Under the pieces are notes generated by a model, which searched no databases, had not been told where the DNA came from, and was given only the letters and a program-made list of their open reading frames with translations. A stretch of 64,000 nucleotides of DNA. Source: Planctomycetota bacterium (lineage in GTDB: Bacteria; Planctomycetota; UBA1135; UBA2386). Positions 8,918 through 18,045 of this stretch are shown here, in pieces; positions within the stretch are counted from its first letter, which is position 1, and each line of letters opens with the position of its first letter. The position numbers were made by a program, and so were the translations under genes. The stretch lies in NCBI GenBank assembly GCA_965223545.1, contig OZ245006.1, positions 3,488,001 to 3,552,000 on the forward strand, given 5' to 3'.

Positions 8918-10586
8918 AGAAGAGGGTGGAGATGTCGCGGAAGACCGCGCGGATCGTGTCCACCGAGCCGGTGTAGCTGCGTCCGCGGCTGACGTCGGCG
9001 ATCTTGTCGACCACGACGCGGTCCACGTCGTTGCCGTAGGCGATGGCGAAGATGCGGACCTCGTCGGTGCCGCGCGCCGCCTGCAGGTGTTCCACCAGCG
9101 GTGCCAGCTGCATCTGGCTGTTGCGGTCGGCGCCGTCGGAGAGCGCGACCACCGCGGTCGTGCGGCCGGTGGCCGCCCGCCCCTGCAGATGGTCGTGGGC
9201 CGAGGCCAGGGCGTCGTACAACGCCGTGCCGCCGTCGGCCTCCAGGCCGCGCAGGTGCGCGAGCAGCGCCGGCCGGGCGTCGCCGACCCGCTGGTCGCGG
9301 GCCAGCCATCGCAACTCGTCGCTGAACTGCAAGAACGACACCCGATCTTCCTCGCCGAGCAGCTGTAGCAGCTGCTCGACGCCGCGCTTGGCCTCGTGCA
9401 GGCGCGCGCCCTTCATGCTGCCCGACGTATCGAACACCAGCACCACGTCGCTGTGCTTCTTGTGCTTTGCCCACAGCGACTGCCCGGCGCGCAGCACGTC
9501 GATCGAAGGCATCGGCAGCGACGCCTGCGGCTGGCGCGCGTCGACGCCGTGCGCACCGTCCAGCGGTGGCTCGAAGCCCACCGCTGGATGCACCGGGCGG
9601 AAGCCGAGCTGCATCGCGGCGCGCTGCTCCTTCTCCGACAGCAGGTGCTCGACGTACAGCTGCGCGGCCTCGCGATGTGCCGCGGTGACCCACTCGCGTT
9701 GCACGACTCCGCACGGATGGTCGCTCCAATACGTGCCATCGCGCGGGTAGATGGCGACGACCGGATGCGGCAGATCGACCGTCGCCGCGCGCTGCGCGCA
9801 GGAGACGACGGTGTGCTCGAAGACCACCGCGGCGCTCAGCGACGTCGGCCCGCCGCGCGCGAACGCGTCGCCGAACACTCCACCGTCGCTGCCGTAGTGC
9901 ACCACGGTGCGCTCGAGGCGCGCCAGCAGCGCGCCCACGTCGCCGTTGCTCAGGTCGTCGACGCGCAGCGGTCGATCGCCGCCCAGTGCCGCGTGCGCCA
10001 CGGCGAGCACGGTCAACATCCCGCTGTCGCTGTGCTCGGGGTGGGCGTGGCCGAAGCGAAAGGAACCCCACTTCCCGCCCGTTGACGCGGTCCACGCCGC
10101 CGGCTCGCTCGAGCGCACCACCGCGGCCCAATCGGCGCCACCGCCGCCGAACGCGGCCGCGCAGGGCTGCCAGGTGGCAACCACCAGCGGCGACACCAGG
10201 AGGGACTCGGAGCGGGGCACCAGCTCGTCGCCGCCGGCGTCCACCGCGCGCGCATTGGCCAGCGCGAGCCCCATCGCCGAGGTCGGGCTGAGCAGGTGGG
10301 CCCGCAGCTCGCCGTCCCCGACCGCGACCCCGAGGTCGACCGACGGCAGCGCCTCGGTCTCGACCACCACGGAGTCACCGCTTGCGGTACGCGGCTGACC
10401 CGCCGCGAAGCGCGCGGTGGCACCGGCGATCCAGGCCGCCTTGTCGGTGCTGTGGGCAAAGACCAGCGTCACCGGCTCTTGCGCACCGGCGAGCGCGAGC
10501 GGCCCACCGAGCAAACCAGCGGCAATCGCGATGCGCCGGGCCGCCGCAAGCGCGGCGGCCCAGCGCCCGCCCCTGGGGAGGGTCAC
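8916..10586 (-). CDS. Solute-binding domain + von Willebrand factor A (VWA) protein
   Basis: SBP part (HSTDKAAW, FRFGHAHPEHSDSG, IYPRDGTYWSDHP, LGFRP); MIDAS motifs FDTSGSM, GGTALYDA, LSDGAD, IFAIAYG; GTG start approximate. Confidence 0.85.
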   Translation of the reverse strand: MTLPRGGRWAAALAAARRIAIAAGLLGGPLALAGAQEPVTLVFAHSTDKAAWIAGATARFAAGQPRTASGDSVVVETEALPSVDLGVAVGDGELRAHLLSPTSAMGLALANARAVDAGGDELVPRSESLLVSPLVVATWQPCAAAFGGGGADWAAVVRSSEPAAWTASTGGKWGSFRFGHAHPEHSDSGMLTVLAVAHAALGGDRPLRVDDLSNGDVGALLARLERTVVHYGSDGGVFGDAFARGGPTSLSAAVVFEHTVVSCAQRAATVDLPHPVVAIYPRDGTYWSDHPCGVVQREWVTAAHREAAQLYVEHLLSEKEQRAAMQLGFRPVHPAVGFEPPLDGAHGVDARQPQASLPMPSIDVLRAGQSLWAKHKKHSDVVLVFDTSGSMKGARLHEAKRGVEQLLQLLGEEDRVSFLQFSDELRWLARDQRVGDARPALLAHLRGLEADGGTALYDALASAHDHLQGRAATGRTTAVVALSDGADRNSQMQLAPLVEHLQAARGTDEVRIFAIAYGNDVDRVVVDKIADVSRGRSYTGSVDTIRAVFRDISTLF

Positions 10587-10731
10587 GGACACGCGCTGGA
10601 TCTTGAGCCCGCCGGCGGCTCGGCGAAACCCCGGATTCTCGCGGAGATGTTGTTTCCGCTCGCACCAGGACCTATCGCGGGCAGAATCCGGAGTCCCGAA
10701 CGGCTCCCCCCCTCGCTCTCGAGAGAAACCG

Positions 10732-11487
10732 ATGCACAAGCCCCTGACCGGCGCCCACGGCGGCGTCCTCGTCCCCCTGGTGGTCCTCGCCGTCGCCGTC
10801 CTCGGCGGCCTCTACTTCTTCAGCGACGTGTTCCGCACCAAAGTGCAGGCCACGGCCCGCGATCTCAGCGAGTGGACACCGGAGAACATCGCCGCCGATC
10901 CGGTCGGCTATCTCGACTTCTGCGAGACCGAGACGAAGAAGACGCAGACCAAGCTCGAAGCGAGCCGCATCTCGGTGGCGCAGCGGCGCGCCCAGCTGGT
11001 CGGCATGAAGGAGAAACACGAGACCACGCTGACGAACGGCAGCAAGGCTCTCGAGGAGTTGAAGACGGCCTACCGCGCCGCGGAGACCGCCGGCCAATGG
11101 CCGCTGAGCTGGGCGGGACGCTCGCTCGACCAAGAGAAGGCCAAGCTGCAGATCGTCGAGCTGCACCGCGAAGTCCAGAGCAAGAAAGGGCTCATCGAGA
11201 AGGTCGACAACGGCCTGAAGAGCCTCGATGCGCAGGTCAGCAAGCTGCAACAGGCGAAGGCGACCTGCGAGAAGCAGCTGGCCGAGATCCAGACCAGCCG
11301 CGAGATGCTCAAGGTCGAGGAGATCACGCAAGACCTGACCGAGCAGCTGATCGACATGAAGGGCGTGCTGGCGTCGACGACCGCCCTGATCGTCGACGAA
11401 GACACCGGCCCGCTCGGCCTCGAAGAGGCCGCCGAGACCGTCGCCTCACAGGTCGACGACGCCGAGTTCGCCGAGATCATGAAGTAG
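10732..11487 (+). CDS. Single-TM long coiled-coil protein, PspA/IM30-like
   Basis: ATG at 10732 after GAGAGA; TM VLVPLVVLAVAVLGGLYFFS; heptad-rich K/E/Q helices; acidic tail VDDAEFAEIMK. The PspA resemblance is by architecture only. Confidence 0.55.
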   Translation: MHKPLTGAHGGVLVPLVVLAVAVLGGLYFFSDVFRTKVQATARDLSEWTPENIAADPVGYLDFCETETKKTQTKLEASRISVAQRRAQLVGMKEKHETTLTNGSKALEELKTAYRAAETAGQWPLSWAGRSLDQEKAKLQIVELHREVQSKKGLIEKVDNGLKSLDAQVSKLQQAKATCEKQLAEIQTSREMLKVEEITQDLTEQLIDMKGVLASTTALIVDEDTGPLGLEEAAETVASQVDDAEFAEIMK

Positions 11488-11494
11488 CCGGTCG

Positions 11495-12325
11495 ATGGCC
11501 TGGGTCCCCGTCTCGACCGTCGCGGTCTGCGCGGTGGCCTGTGTGCTCGCCGCCGAGTTCGCCGGCGGCCTGCGCGAGCGCCGGCCGTCGAGCCTGCTGT
11601 GGCTGCTGATCGCCGCGGTGACGTTCTGCGTCGCCGTCGCGCTGACGAGGGGTCGCGCGCCGGCCGCGGACCTGCAGCGCTGGATCGCCATCGGCGCACC
11701 CCTGACCGCCGCGGCGGTTTGCCTGTGGTTCGCCCGCGCGCACGGCGTGCGCCGCCAACCCCTCGGCAGCGTGGTCAGCGGAGTGCTGGCGCTGTCGCTC
11801 GGAAGCCTCGCCGTATTCGGGTTGGGCGGGACACCATCCCCCGACGCGACGGTCAGCGCCGCCGAGACCGACACCAGCCGCAACATCGACGACCAGGTGA
11901 CCCGGCTCGGCAGTCGCCGGCGGGCGCTCGAGCTGCGGCTCACGCGCGACATTCCGCAGTTTCGACGCAAGCTGCGCGAGGACGCGAGCACGGCGCGCAA
12001 CGAGCTGCAAACGGCCGGCGCCGCCAATCGCGAGCGCCTGCGGGAAGAGCTCCGCGAGGTCGCCAAGCTGATGCTGGCAGTGGACCGCGAGGAGAGCGAC
12101 GCGCGCGAGCTGACGACCCGCATCGGGCAGGAGATCCGCCGGCTCGAACGCCTGCGAACGTCAAGACAAGTCCTCGCCGACGACACCGCCCTCGTCGCCG
12201 AGCTCGATGCGATCTGGCAGCGGGCCGGTCAGCAGCTCAGCCAGCCGATCGACGACCGCCTCGGAACCGGCGCGATCGCCGACGCGGAAATCGAGGCCAA
12301 GCTCGACGAACTCATCCGACCGTAG
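11495..12325 (+). CDS. Membrane protein with ~4 TM helices and a C-terminal coiled coil
   Basis: Four hydrophobic segments followed by an R/E/L-rich helical region; 7 bp downstream of the previous gene. Confidence 0.7.
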   Translation: MAWVPVSTVAVCAVACVLAAEFAGGLRERRPSSLLWLLIAAVTFCVAVALTRGRAPAADLQRWIAIGAPLTAAAVCLWFARAHGVRRQPLGSVVSGVLALSLGSLAVFGLGGTPSPDATVSAAETDTSRNIDDQVTRLGSRRRALELRLTRDIPQFRRKLREDASTARNELQTAGAANRERLREELREVAKLMLAVDREESDARELTTRIGQEIRRLERLRTSRQVLADDTALVAELDAIWQRAGQQLSQPIDDRLGTGAIADAEIEAKLDELIRP

Positions 12326-12353
12326 GGCACGCCGCACATTCCCGGCAGCCCGC

Positions 12354-12387
12354 GGACTGGGGGGACTGAAAGGACTGGGGACTGAAA
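12354..12387. repeat. Short tandem duplication GGACTGGGG(GG)ACTGAAA x2
   Basis: Visible directly in the intergenic sequence. Confidence 0.7.
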
Positions 12388-12392
12388 GTCGG

Positions 12393-12493
12393 GGGCCCGG
12401 CTCGCCGCGCGGCGCCGTGCAGTGACGGGCCGAGTCGGAATGCGAAGAGGAGGAAGGGATGACCGGCCCCGGAGCTGGCGGCGAGCCGGGCCC
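12393..12493. repeat. 16-bp perfect inverted repeat with 69-nt spacer
   Basis: GGGCCCGGCTCGCCGC (12393-12408) and GCGGCGAGCCGGGCCC (12478-12493). Confidence 0.75.
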
Positions 12494-12776
12494 ACCGTGA
12501 TCGGTCGATTCGCGCCGCGAACAAATCTCGCGTCGCTCACCAGCACCAATAGGCCACACCAGCAACGTGCTTCCATGCGTGGTTTTCCGCATTCCGTCCG
12601 TCGCCACGCCTGAGGCCATCGCCCGGCACGTCCCCATCGGGGGTCGATCCCGGTGCGGACGGAGCGATAGCATGGAGTTCCATCCTCTGCCCCGGCTTTC
12701 TACGGCCCACTGGTCGACGCGCGTCGTAGCGCGCCGATCGTGCAGGCCGCCGCGGTAGACGTATGCGAGCGCGGCC

Positions 12777-13181
12777 GTGTCCACGATTGCTCCGCCAAAG
12801 ATCATCTTGTTCTGCGACGACGACCCCGCGATCCGGCAGGTGAGCGGAATCGTCCTGCGGCACGCCGGCTACCGAGTGATCCCGGCCGCCGATGGAGCAG
12901 CGGCGCTGGCGGCGGCGGCGAACGAGGCGCGGATCGACCTCGCCATCGTCGACGTGATCCTGCCGGATGCGGACGGCCGCGGGCTCATCCACCAACTGCG
13001 GCAGAGCCACCCCGACCTGCGCACCTTGCTCGCTTCGGGGCTGCGCGAAGCGGCGGTCTCGGACCCGCGCGAAGCCGCGGACGCACCTGCCGGCACGGCC
13101 GGCGAAACGCCCATTCTCTACAAGCCGTTCGCGGCGCACGAGCTGTTGGCCGCGGTCCGCCAGGCGCTGGCGTCGACCTGA
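12777..13181 (+). CDS. Single-domain response regulator (CheY-like receiver)
   Basis: ILFCDDD acidic pocket, DLAIVDVILPDADG (phospho-Asp), LASG, YKPF. Confidence 0.9.
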   Translation: MSTIAPPKIILFCDDDPAIRQVSGIVLRHAGYRVIPAADGAAALAAAANEARIDLAIVDVILPDADGRGLIHQLRQSHPDLRTLLASGLREAAVSDPREAADAPAGTAGETPILYKPFAAHELLAAVRQALAST

Positions 13182-13341
13182 AGGACCGGTGGTCCGAACG
13201 GGCCGCGCTCAGTGTCGACAAACACGACACCGCGCCGCGCGCAAGCCCGAGTCGAGCCCGGAGGCGACAGCTGCCGACAAGACCATGGGAAGAACCGCGG
13301 TCGTCCGCGCTTCACGGACACTGCCGAGCCTCGCGCTGAAC

Positions 13342-14112
13342 ATGGACATCTTGACGGTCTTGGGCCTGCTGATCGCGCTCGCCGCGATCGTCGGTGGGCA
13401 GCTGCTCGAGGGGGGACATGTCGGCTCGCTCCTGCAGACCGCGGCGTTCCTCATCGTCATCGTCGGCTCGCTCGGCGCCACCATGGTCGCCACCCCGACA
13501 CAAGACCTGCGCGGCGCGGCCCTGGCGCTGCGCGACGTGCTGATCCCGCCGCGCCACGACTTCCGCGCCATGCTCGAGAAGATCCTGTCGCTGGCGACGC
13601 TGGCCCGCCGTGAGGGGTTGCTGGCGCTCGAGTCGTACATCACGAGCACCAAGCAGCACCCGTTCTTGGTCAAGTGCCTGATGCTGGCCATCGATGGCAG
13701 CAGCTCGGAAGTGATCCGCGAGACCGTCGAAACCGACATGGCCATCGACGAAGAGAACAAGCGGGCCGCGGCGCGCTTCTGGGAGACCTGGGGCTCGATC
13801 TGTCCAACCGTCGGTGTGCTCGGCGCGGTCATCGGCCTAATCCACGTCATGGAGAACATCGGCTCCCCCGACGAGCTCGGGCCGGGCATCGCCGTCGCCT
13901 TCGTCGCCACGGTGTATGGAGTCGGCTTCGCCAACCTCGTCTGCCTGCCGCTCGCCTTCAAGCTGAAGCGACAGATCGAGCGCGACCAACAGATCAAGAG
14001 CATGGTGCTCGAGGGCGTGGTCGCCATCCAGTCCGGCGTGGCGCCGGGCGCGCTGCGCACCCGCCTGTCGGCGTATCTCGGTTCGACTACCGACGCCAAC
14101 CGAAAGGCGTGA
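13342..14112 (+). CDS. motA: MotA/PomA-type ion-driven motor stator subunit
   Basis: MDILTVLGLLIA, EGGHVGSLLQ, LARREGLLALE, CPTVGVLGAVIGLIHVM, GIAVAFVATVYG, ANLVCLP. Confidence 0.9.
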   Translation: MDILTVLGLLIALAAIVGGQLLEGGHVGSLLQTAAFLIVIVGSLGATMVATPTQDLRGAALALRDVLIPPRHDFRAMLEKILSLATLARREGLLALESYITSTKQHPFLVKCLMLAIDGSSSEVIRETVETDMAIDEENKRAAARFWETWGSICPTVGVLGAVIGLIHVMENIGSPDELGPGIAVAFVATVYGVGFANLVCLPLAFKLKRQIERDQQIKSMVLEGVVAIQSGVAPGALRTRLSAYLGSTTDANRKA

Positions 14113-14117
14113 CGCCG

Positions 14118-14843
14118 ATGCTGCGCCGCGCACGCCGACTGGAAGACGGCACCGATCCCAATCGGTGGATGATCAGCTACGCGGACATGATCACGCTGCT
14201 GTTCGTCGTCTTCGTCATCCTGTACGCGCAGAGCGAAGTCAACGTCCGCAAGGCCGAGCAGCTCCGTCGCAGCCTCGCCTTCGCGCTCAACACCGCCGGC
14301 AAGGGCAAGACCTACCACGACGGTCTGCACGAGCGCGGCGATGTCGGCGGCGACCTGCTCGAGGACGCTCTGCTGCTGACCGCGCAGAAGGGTCCGATGA
14401 TGGAGTTCCTGCGACAGTCGCTGCCCCGCGAATTCGAGGAGATCACCGGCCGCTCGATCAAGCTCGACGTGACCAACGACACGGTGTCGTTCTCCGCCCC
14501 GCTCGGCGCGTTCTTCATGCCTGGCAGCCGGCGCCTGCGCCCCGAGGTGCGGCCGTGGTTGTCGGAGCTCGTCGCGCAGTCCTACAAGTTCGCCTCCAAC
14601 ATCCGCATCCACGTCGCGGGACCGCGTCTCCGCATCGCGACGAGGACCGACGGCTCACCGCTCGAAGCGCGCCATCTGTGCCTCGAGCGACTGGCGCACC
14701 TGCAAGACCTGGTCGGCTGGACGAGCACGGTGATGCACGACCACGTCACGACGCAGTTCGCGTACACGGGGGCGCCGTCCACCGTCGAACAGTGGGAGGA
14801 CGACGCGGTCCTGACGTTGTACTTCGCCAACTCGGGCGCGTGA
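14118..14843 (+). CDS. motB: MotB-like stator subunit with a degenerate OmpA-like periplasmic domain
   Basis: RWMISYADMITLLFVVFVILYA TM with the conserved proton-carrying Asp; FMPGSRRLRPE resembles the start of an OmpA-like domain; directly after motA. Confidence 0.8.
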   Translation: MLRRARRLEDGTDPNRWMISYADMITLLFVVFVILYAQSEVNVRKAEQLRRSLAFALNTAGKGKTYHDGLHERGDVGGDLLEDALLLTAQKGPMMEFLRQSLPREFEEITGRSIKLDVTNDTVSFSAPLGAFFMPGSRRLRPEVRPWLSELVAQSYKFASNIRIHVAGPRLRIATRTDGSPLEARHLCLERLAHLQDLVGWTSTVMHDHVTTQFAYTGAPSTVEQWEDDAVLTLYFANSGA

Positions 14844-14867
14844 CGAAAGCCTGCGCCGGACGCCGGG

Positions 14868-15950
14868 TCACTGCACGCTCAGCGCACCGAACGCCCTCTC
14901 GACCGGCGCGGTCGTCGACGTGAACAGCACCGTGTTGGCAGATGCGGTTGCCGACCGGCCACTGAGAACTTGGTTCTGATACTCCGCGATCCAGCGGGCC
15001 GCCGCACTGTCGGTGGTGCCGGGCGCAAAGGCGATGAGCACGTCATCGTCAGCCCAAGTGCAGTTGTACCAGTGGAAGTGGCTCTCGATGCGCACCGTGG
15101 TCGACGTCAGCACCGGCAAGGTCATCCGGATCATGTGGCCCACGGGACCGATCGGCGCGGCCGTGATCGCCGTGGTGTTGCGGGAGGCGCGCACCTTGAA
15201 GGCCAGACCGGCATCGGCCCGGTCGGAGCCGACGAACGAGCAGCCCGACAGCACGTTGCCGCGAACGCCGGCGAGCACCAGCGGGCCGGCAGCCAGCGCC
15301 GAGCCCTTGCCGACGATGACCGACACGTCACCCACCGCGGTTGCCGGCACAGCGCCGATCCGCGCCACGATCTGGTTGCGCGTCGCCTGCACGACCGCGG
15401 CGCTCGCCGACTCGCCGGCCAAGAAGACACAGTTGTTGCCGACCAACGGATCGAACCCGCTGCCGCGGATCACGATCAGATCGCCTTCGGCGCCGCTGAG
15501 CGGCGACACCGAGGCGATGCGCAGGATGCCGCGGAAGTCGAGCGCCAGTCCCTGGCTGGCGCGGATCACGCCGGTCGCCGGGTCGAACGGCAGGGCCTGG
15601 GCGTAGAACCTGCCGACCACTCTGCCCGGCACCATGAGGCCGAAGGCGGCGCTGCCGGTCGCATCGGCGACCAGGTTCACCTGCGCACCCGGCGCCACCA
15701 GCAGTCGGCAGCCGCCGGGCAGTAGGACGCTGGTGCGGTTCGCCCCGAGCAGCAACGCCACCGGCTTGCCGGGCAGGGCGTTGCGCACGCGGAAGTCGAG
15801 GCGGTGAGCGGTGCCGACGATCGTGTCCACCACCGACAACGTCGCCGAGCAGCGCGAGCCGAAAGACTGGACGCCGACCGGCAGAGTGGTCGCCGACTGG
15901 GCGACCAAAGATGTCGCGAGCAAGAGGCCCGCCAATGCGCGAGGGTTCAT
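14868..15950 (-). CDS. Secreted protein with an N-terminal accessory domain and an IPT/TIG domain
   Basis: Signal peptide MNPRALAGLLLATSLVAQ; IASVSPLSGAEGDLIVIRGSGF (IPT/TIG); GGAG upstream of the start. Confidence 0.75.
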   Translation of the reverse strand: MNPRALAGLLLATSLVAQSATTLPVGVQSFGSRCSATLSVVDTIVGTAHRLDFRVRNALPGKPVALLLGANRTSVLLPGGCRLLVAPGAQVNLVADATGSAAFGLMVPGRVVGRFYAQALPFDPATGVIRASQGLALDFRGILRIASVSPLSGAEGDLIVIRGSGFDPLVGNNCVFLAGESASAAVVQATRNQIVARIGAVPATAVGDVSVIVGKGSALAAGPLVLAGVRGNVLSGCSFVGSDRADAGLAFKVRASRNTTAITAAPIGPVGHMIRMTLPVLTSTTVRIESHFHWYNCTWADDDVLIAFAPGTTDSAAARWIAEYQNQVLSGRSATASANTVLFTSTTAPVERAFGALSVQ

Positions 15951-16069
15951 CGCGTTCTCCTTTGCGTTTGTGTCCGCCGCAGTGCGAGACTCCGGCATTC
16001 ACCGGAACGCGAAGGAGAGGGCGCGCCCCAGGCAGAAAAACACCCGCCGAGCCAGCCCCAAGGCCGACG

Positions 16070-17251
16070 TCACGCGTCACCGAGCAAGCCGCGGCCGATG
16101 ATCACCTTCTGGATCATCGAAGTGCCCTCGTAGATCCGCAGCCCCATGACGTCGCGGAGCAGTCGCTCTACCGGGTACTCCGTCGAGTAGCCGCGGCCAC
16201 CGTGCAGCAGCACGGCTTGGTCGGCAGCGCGGGCGGCGGCTTCGGTGGCATACAGCTTGGCGGCAGCGAGATCGGTGGGCTGTTCGCGCCCCTCCCCGCG
16301 CGCGACGGCACAGCGATAGACCAGCTGGCGCGCTGCCGCGAGCTCGACGGCCATGTCGGCGACGCGCTCCTGCACCATCTGGAAGCGGCCGATCGGCGCG
16401 CCGAACTGCTGGCGGCTGCGAGCGAAATCGACGGTCGCGGCCAGCGCGGCGCGGTGGATCCCCAGCGCGCCCGCGGCGACCGAGAGCCGGCCGGCGTTGA
16501 GCGCGCGCATCGCCACGCCGAAGCCACGGCCGACCTCACCGACCACCGCGTCGCCGGGCACTTCGACGCCACGCAACGCGATGTGGGCATGGTCCGAACC
16601 GCGGTGGCCGAGCTCGACCCCCGGCATCGCGGAGCGCTCGATGCCGGTTGCGTCCATCGGCAACAAGAACGCGGTGATGCCGTTGCGACCCAGGGCGGGA
16701 TCGACCGTCGCGAACAGCAAACCGACGTCGGCGACGCCGCCGTTGGTGATCCAGACCTTGTCGCCCTCGAGCCGGTAGCCGCCGCCAACCGGCGTCGCGA
16801 CGGCACGCAGCGAGGCCGGGTCCGAGCCGGCTTCCGGCTCGGTCAGACAGAAGCAGCCGATGGCCCGACCGCCGATCAACGCCGGCAGCCACCGCTCGCG
16901 CTGCGCGGCGTTGGCATCGCGCGCCAGCGCCTGCCCGACCAGCCCGGCCTGTACCGCGAGGAATCCGCGCGCATTGCCGCACACGGCACCGATCTCCTCG
17001 TGCGCGACGACCAGCTGCAGGGGCGACCAGTCGCCGCCGCCCGCCGCCGCCGGCAAGCCACCACCGATCATGCCCGCCGCTGCCAAGTCGTCGACGGTCT
17101 GCCGGCGGAACTCGAAGTCCTCATCCACGCGCCGCGCGTGCGGTTGCAGCACGTCCCGCGCGAACGCGCGCACCGCGAGTGCATGCTGGCGCAGCTCCGG
17201 ACTCAGGTCGGCGTCGGGGAACGCCAGGGTGTCCTGCAGCGCGGACGTCAT
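16070..17251 (-). CDS. Acyl-CoA dehydrogenase
   Basis: FCLTEPEAGSD, GDKVWITNG, RQQFGAPIGRFQ, HGGRGY, IYEGTSMIQ. Confidence 0.95.
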   Translation of the reverse strand: MTSALQDTLAFPDADLSPELRQHALAVRAFARDVLQPHARRVDEDFEFRRQTVDDLAAAGMIGGGLPAAAGGGDWSPLQLVVAHEEIGAVCGNARGFLAVQAGLVGQALARDANAAQRERWLPALIGGRAIGCFCLTEPEAGSDPASLRAVATPVGGGYRLEGDKVWITNGGVADVGLLFATVDPALGRNGITAFLLPMDATGIERSAMPGVELGHRGSDHAHIALRGVEVPGDAVVGEVGRGFGVAMRALNAGRLSVAAGALGIHRAALAATVDFARSRQQFGAPIGRFQMVQERVADMAVELAAARQLVYRCAVARGEGREQPTDLAAAKLYATEAAARAADQAVLLHGGRGYSTEYPVERLLRDVMGLRIYEGTSMIQKVIIGRGLLGDA

Positions 17252-18045
17252 CGGCCGGTGAACCGCGGCTCGCGCTTCTCGCGCCACGCGGAATAGAACT
17301 CGCGGTGGTCTTGCGCCCGCAGCAACAGCGCCTGGGCCTGCGCCTCCTGCTCGATCGCCGACTCGAGATCCATGCCGGCCTCGTTGACCAGCATCTTCTT
17401 GGTCATCGCCAACGCCAACCGCGGCCCCTGCGCCAAGCGCCGCGCCAGCTGCATCGCCTCGTCCATCAGCGCGGCGGCGGGCACGACGCGGTTGGCCAAC
17501 CCGATGCGCAGACTCTCCTGCGCGTCGATCTTGTCACCGAGCATCAACAACTCGGCCGCACGGCCCGCGCCGACGACCCGCGGCAGGAGATGGGCGGCCC
17601 CCATGTCGGCGCCAGTGAGCCCCACCTTGGTGAACAGGAAGGCGAACTTCGCGTGCTCGGACAACACCCGCAGGTCGCTCGCCAGCGCCAACACCGAACC
17701 GGCGCCCGCCGCGATGCCGTTGACGGCGGCAACGATCGGCTTCGACAGGCGGCGCATGTTGCGCACCACCGCGCCCGTCATCCGCGTGAACGCGAGAGTC
17801 TCGTGCACATCGCGCTCGAACAGCTTGGCGATGATGTCCTCGACGTTGCCGCCGCTGCAAAACCCCTTGCCGGCTCCGGTCAGCACGACCGCGCCCACCG
17901 CCGGGTCGTGCTCCAGCTCGGCGAACAGCCGCTCGAGCTGCCCGTAGATCTCGAACGTCAGCGAGTTGAGCGACTCGGGACGGTTGAGGGTCAGCACGCA
18001 GACGCCGTCATCGTGCCGTTCGAAGAGAAAGTCGTATTCGCTCAT
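17248..18045 (-). CDS. Enoyl-CoA hydratase/isomerase family protein
   Basis: LTLNRPESLNSL, FCSGGNV, AAVNGIAAGAG, GADMGA, EKREPRF; overlaps both neighbours. Confidence 0.95.
   Translation of the reverse strand: MSEYDFLFERHDDGVCVLTLNRPESLNSLTFEIYGQLERLFAELEHDPAVGAVVLTGAGKGFCSGGNVEDIIAKLFERDVHETLAFTRMTGAVVRNMRRLSKPIVAAVNGIAAGAGSVLALASDLRVLSEHAKFAFLFTKVGLTGADMGAAHLLPRVVGAGRAAELLMLGDKIDAQESLRIGLANRVVPAAALMDEAMQLARRLAQGPRLALAMTKKMLVNEAGMDLESAIEQEAQAQALLLRAQDHREFYSAWREKREPRFTGR

Noticed and set aside
13342..14843. Zorya (ZorA/ZorB) anti-phage system
   Set aside because: MotA is short (256 aa) with flagellar-type motifs and no long ZorA tail, and no ZorC/D/E genes are adjacent.
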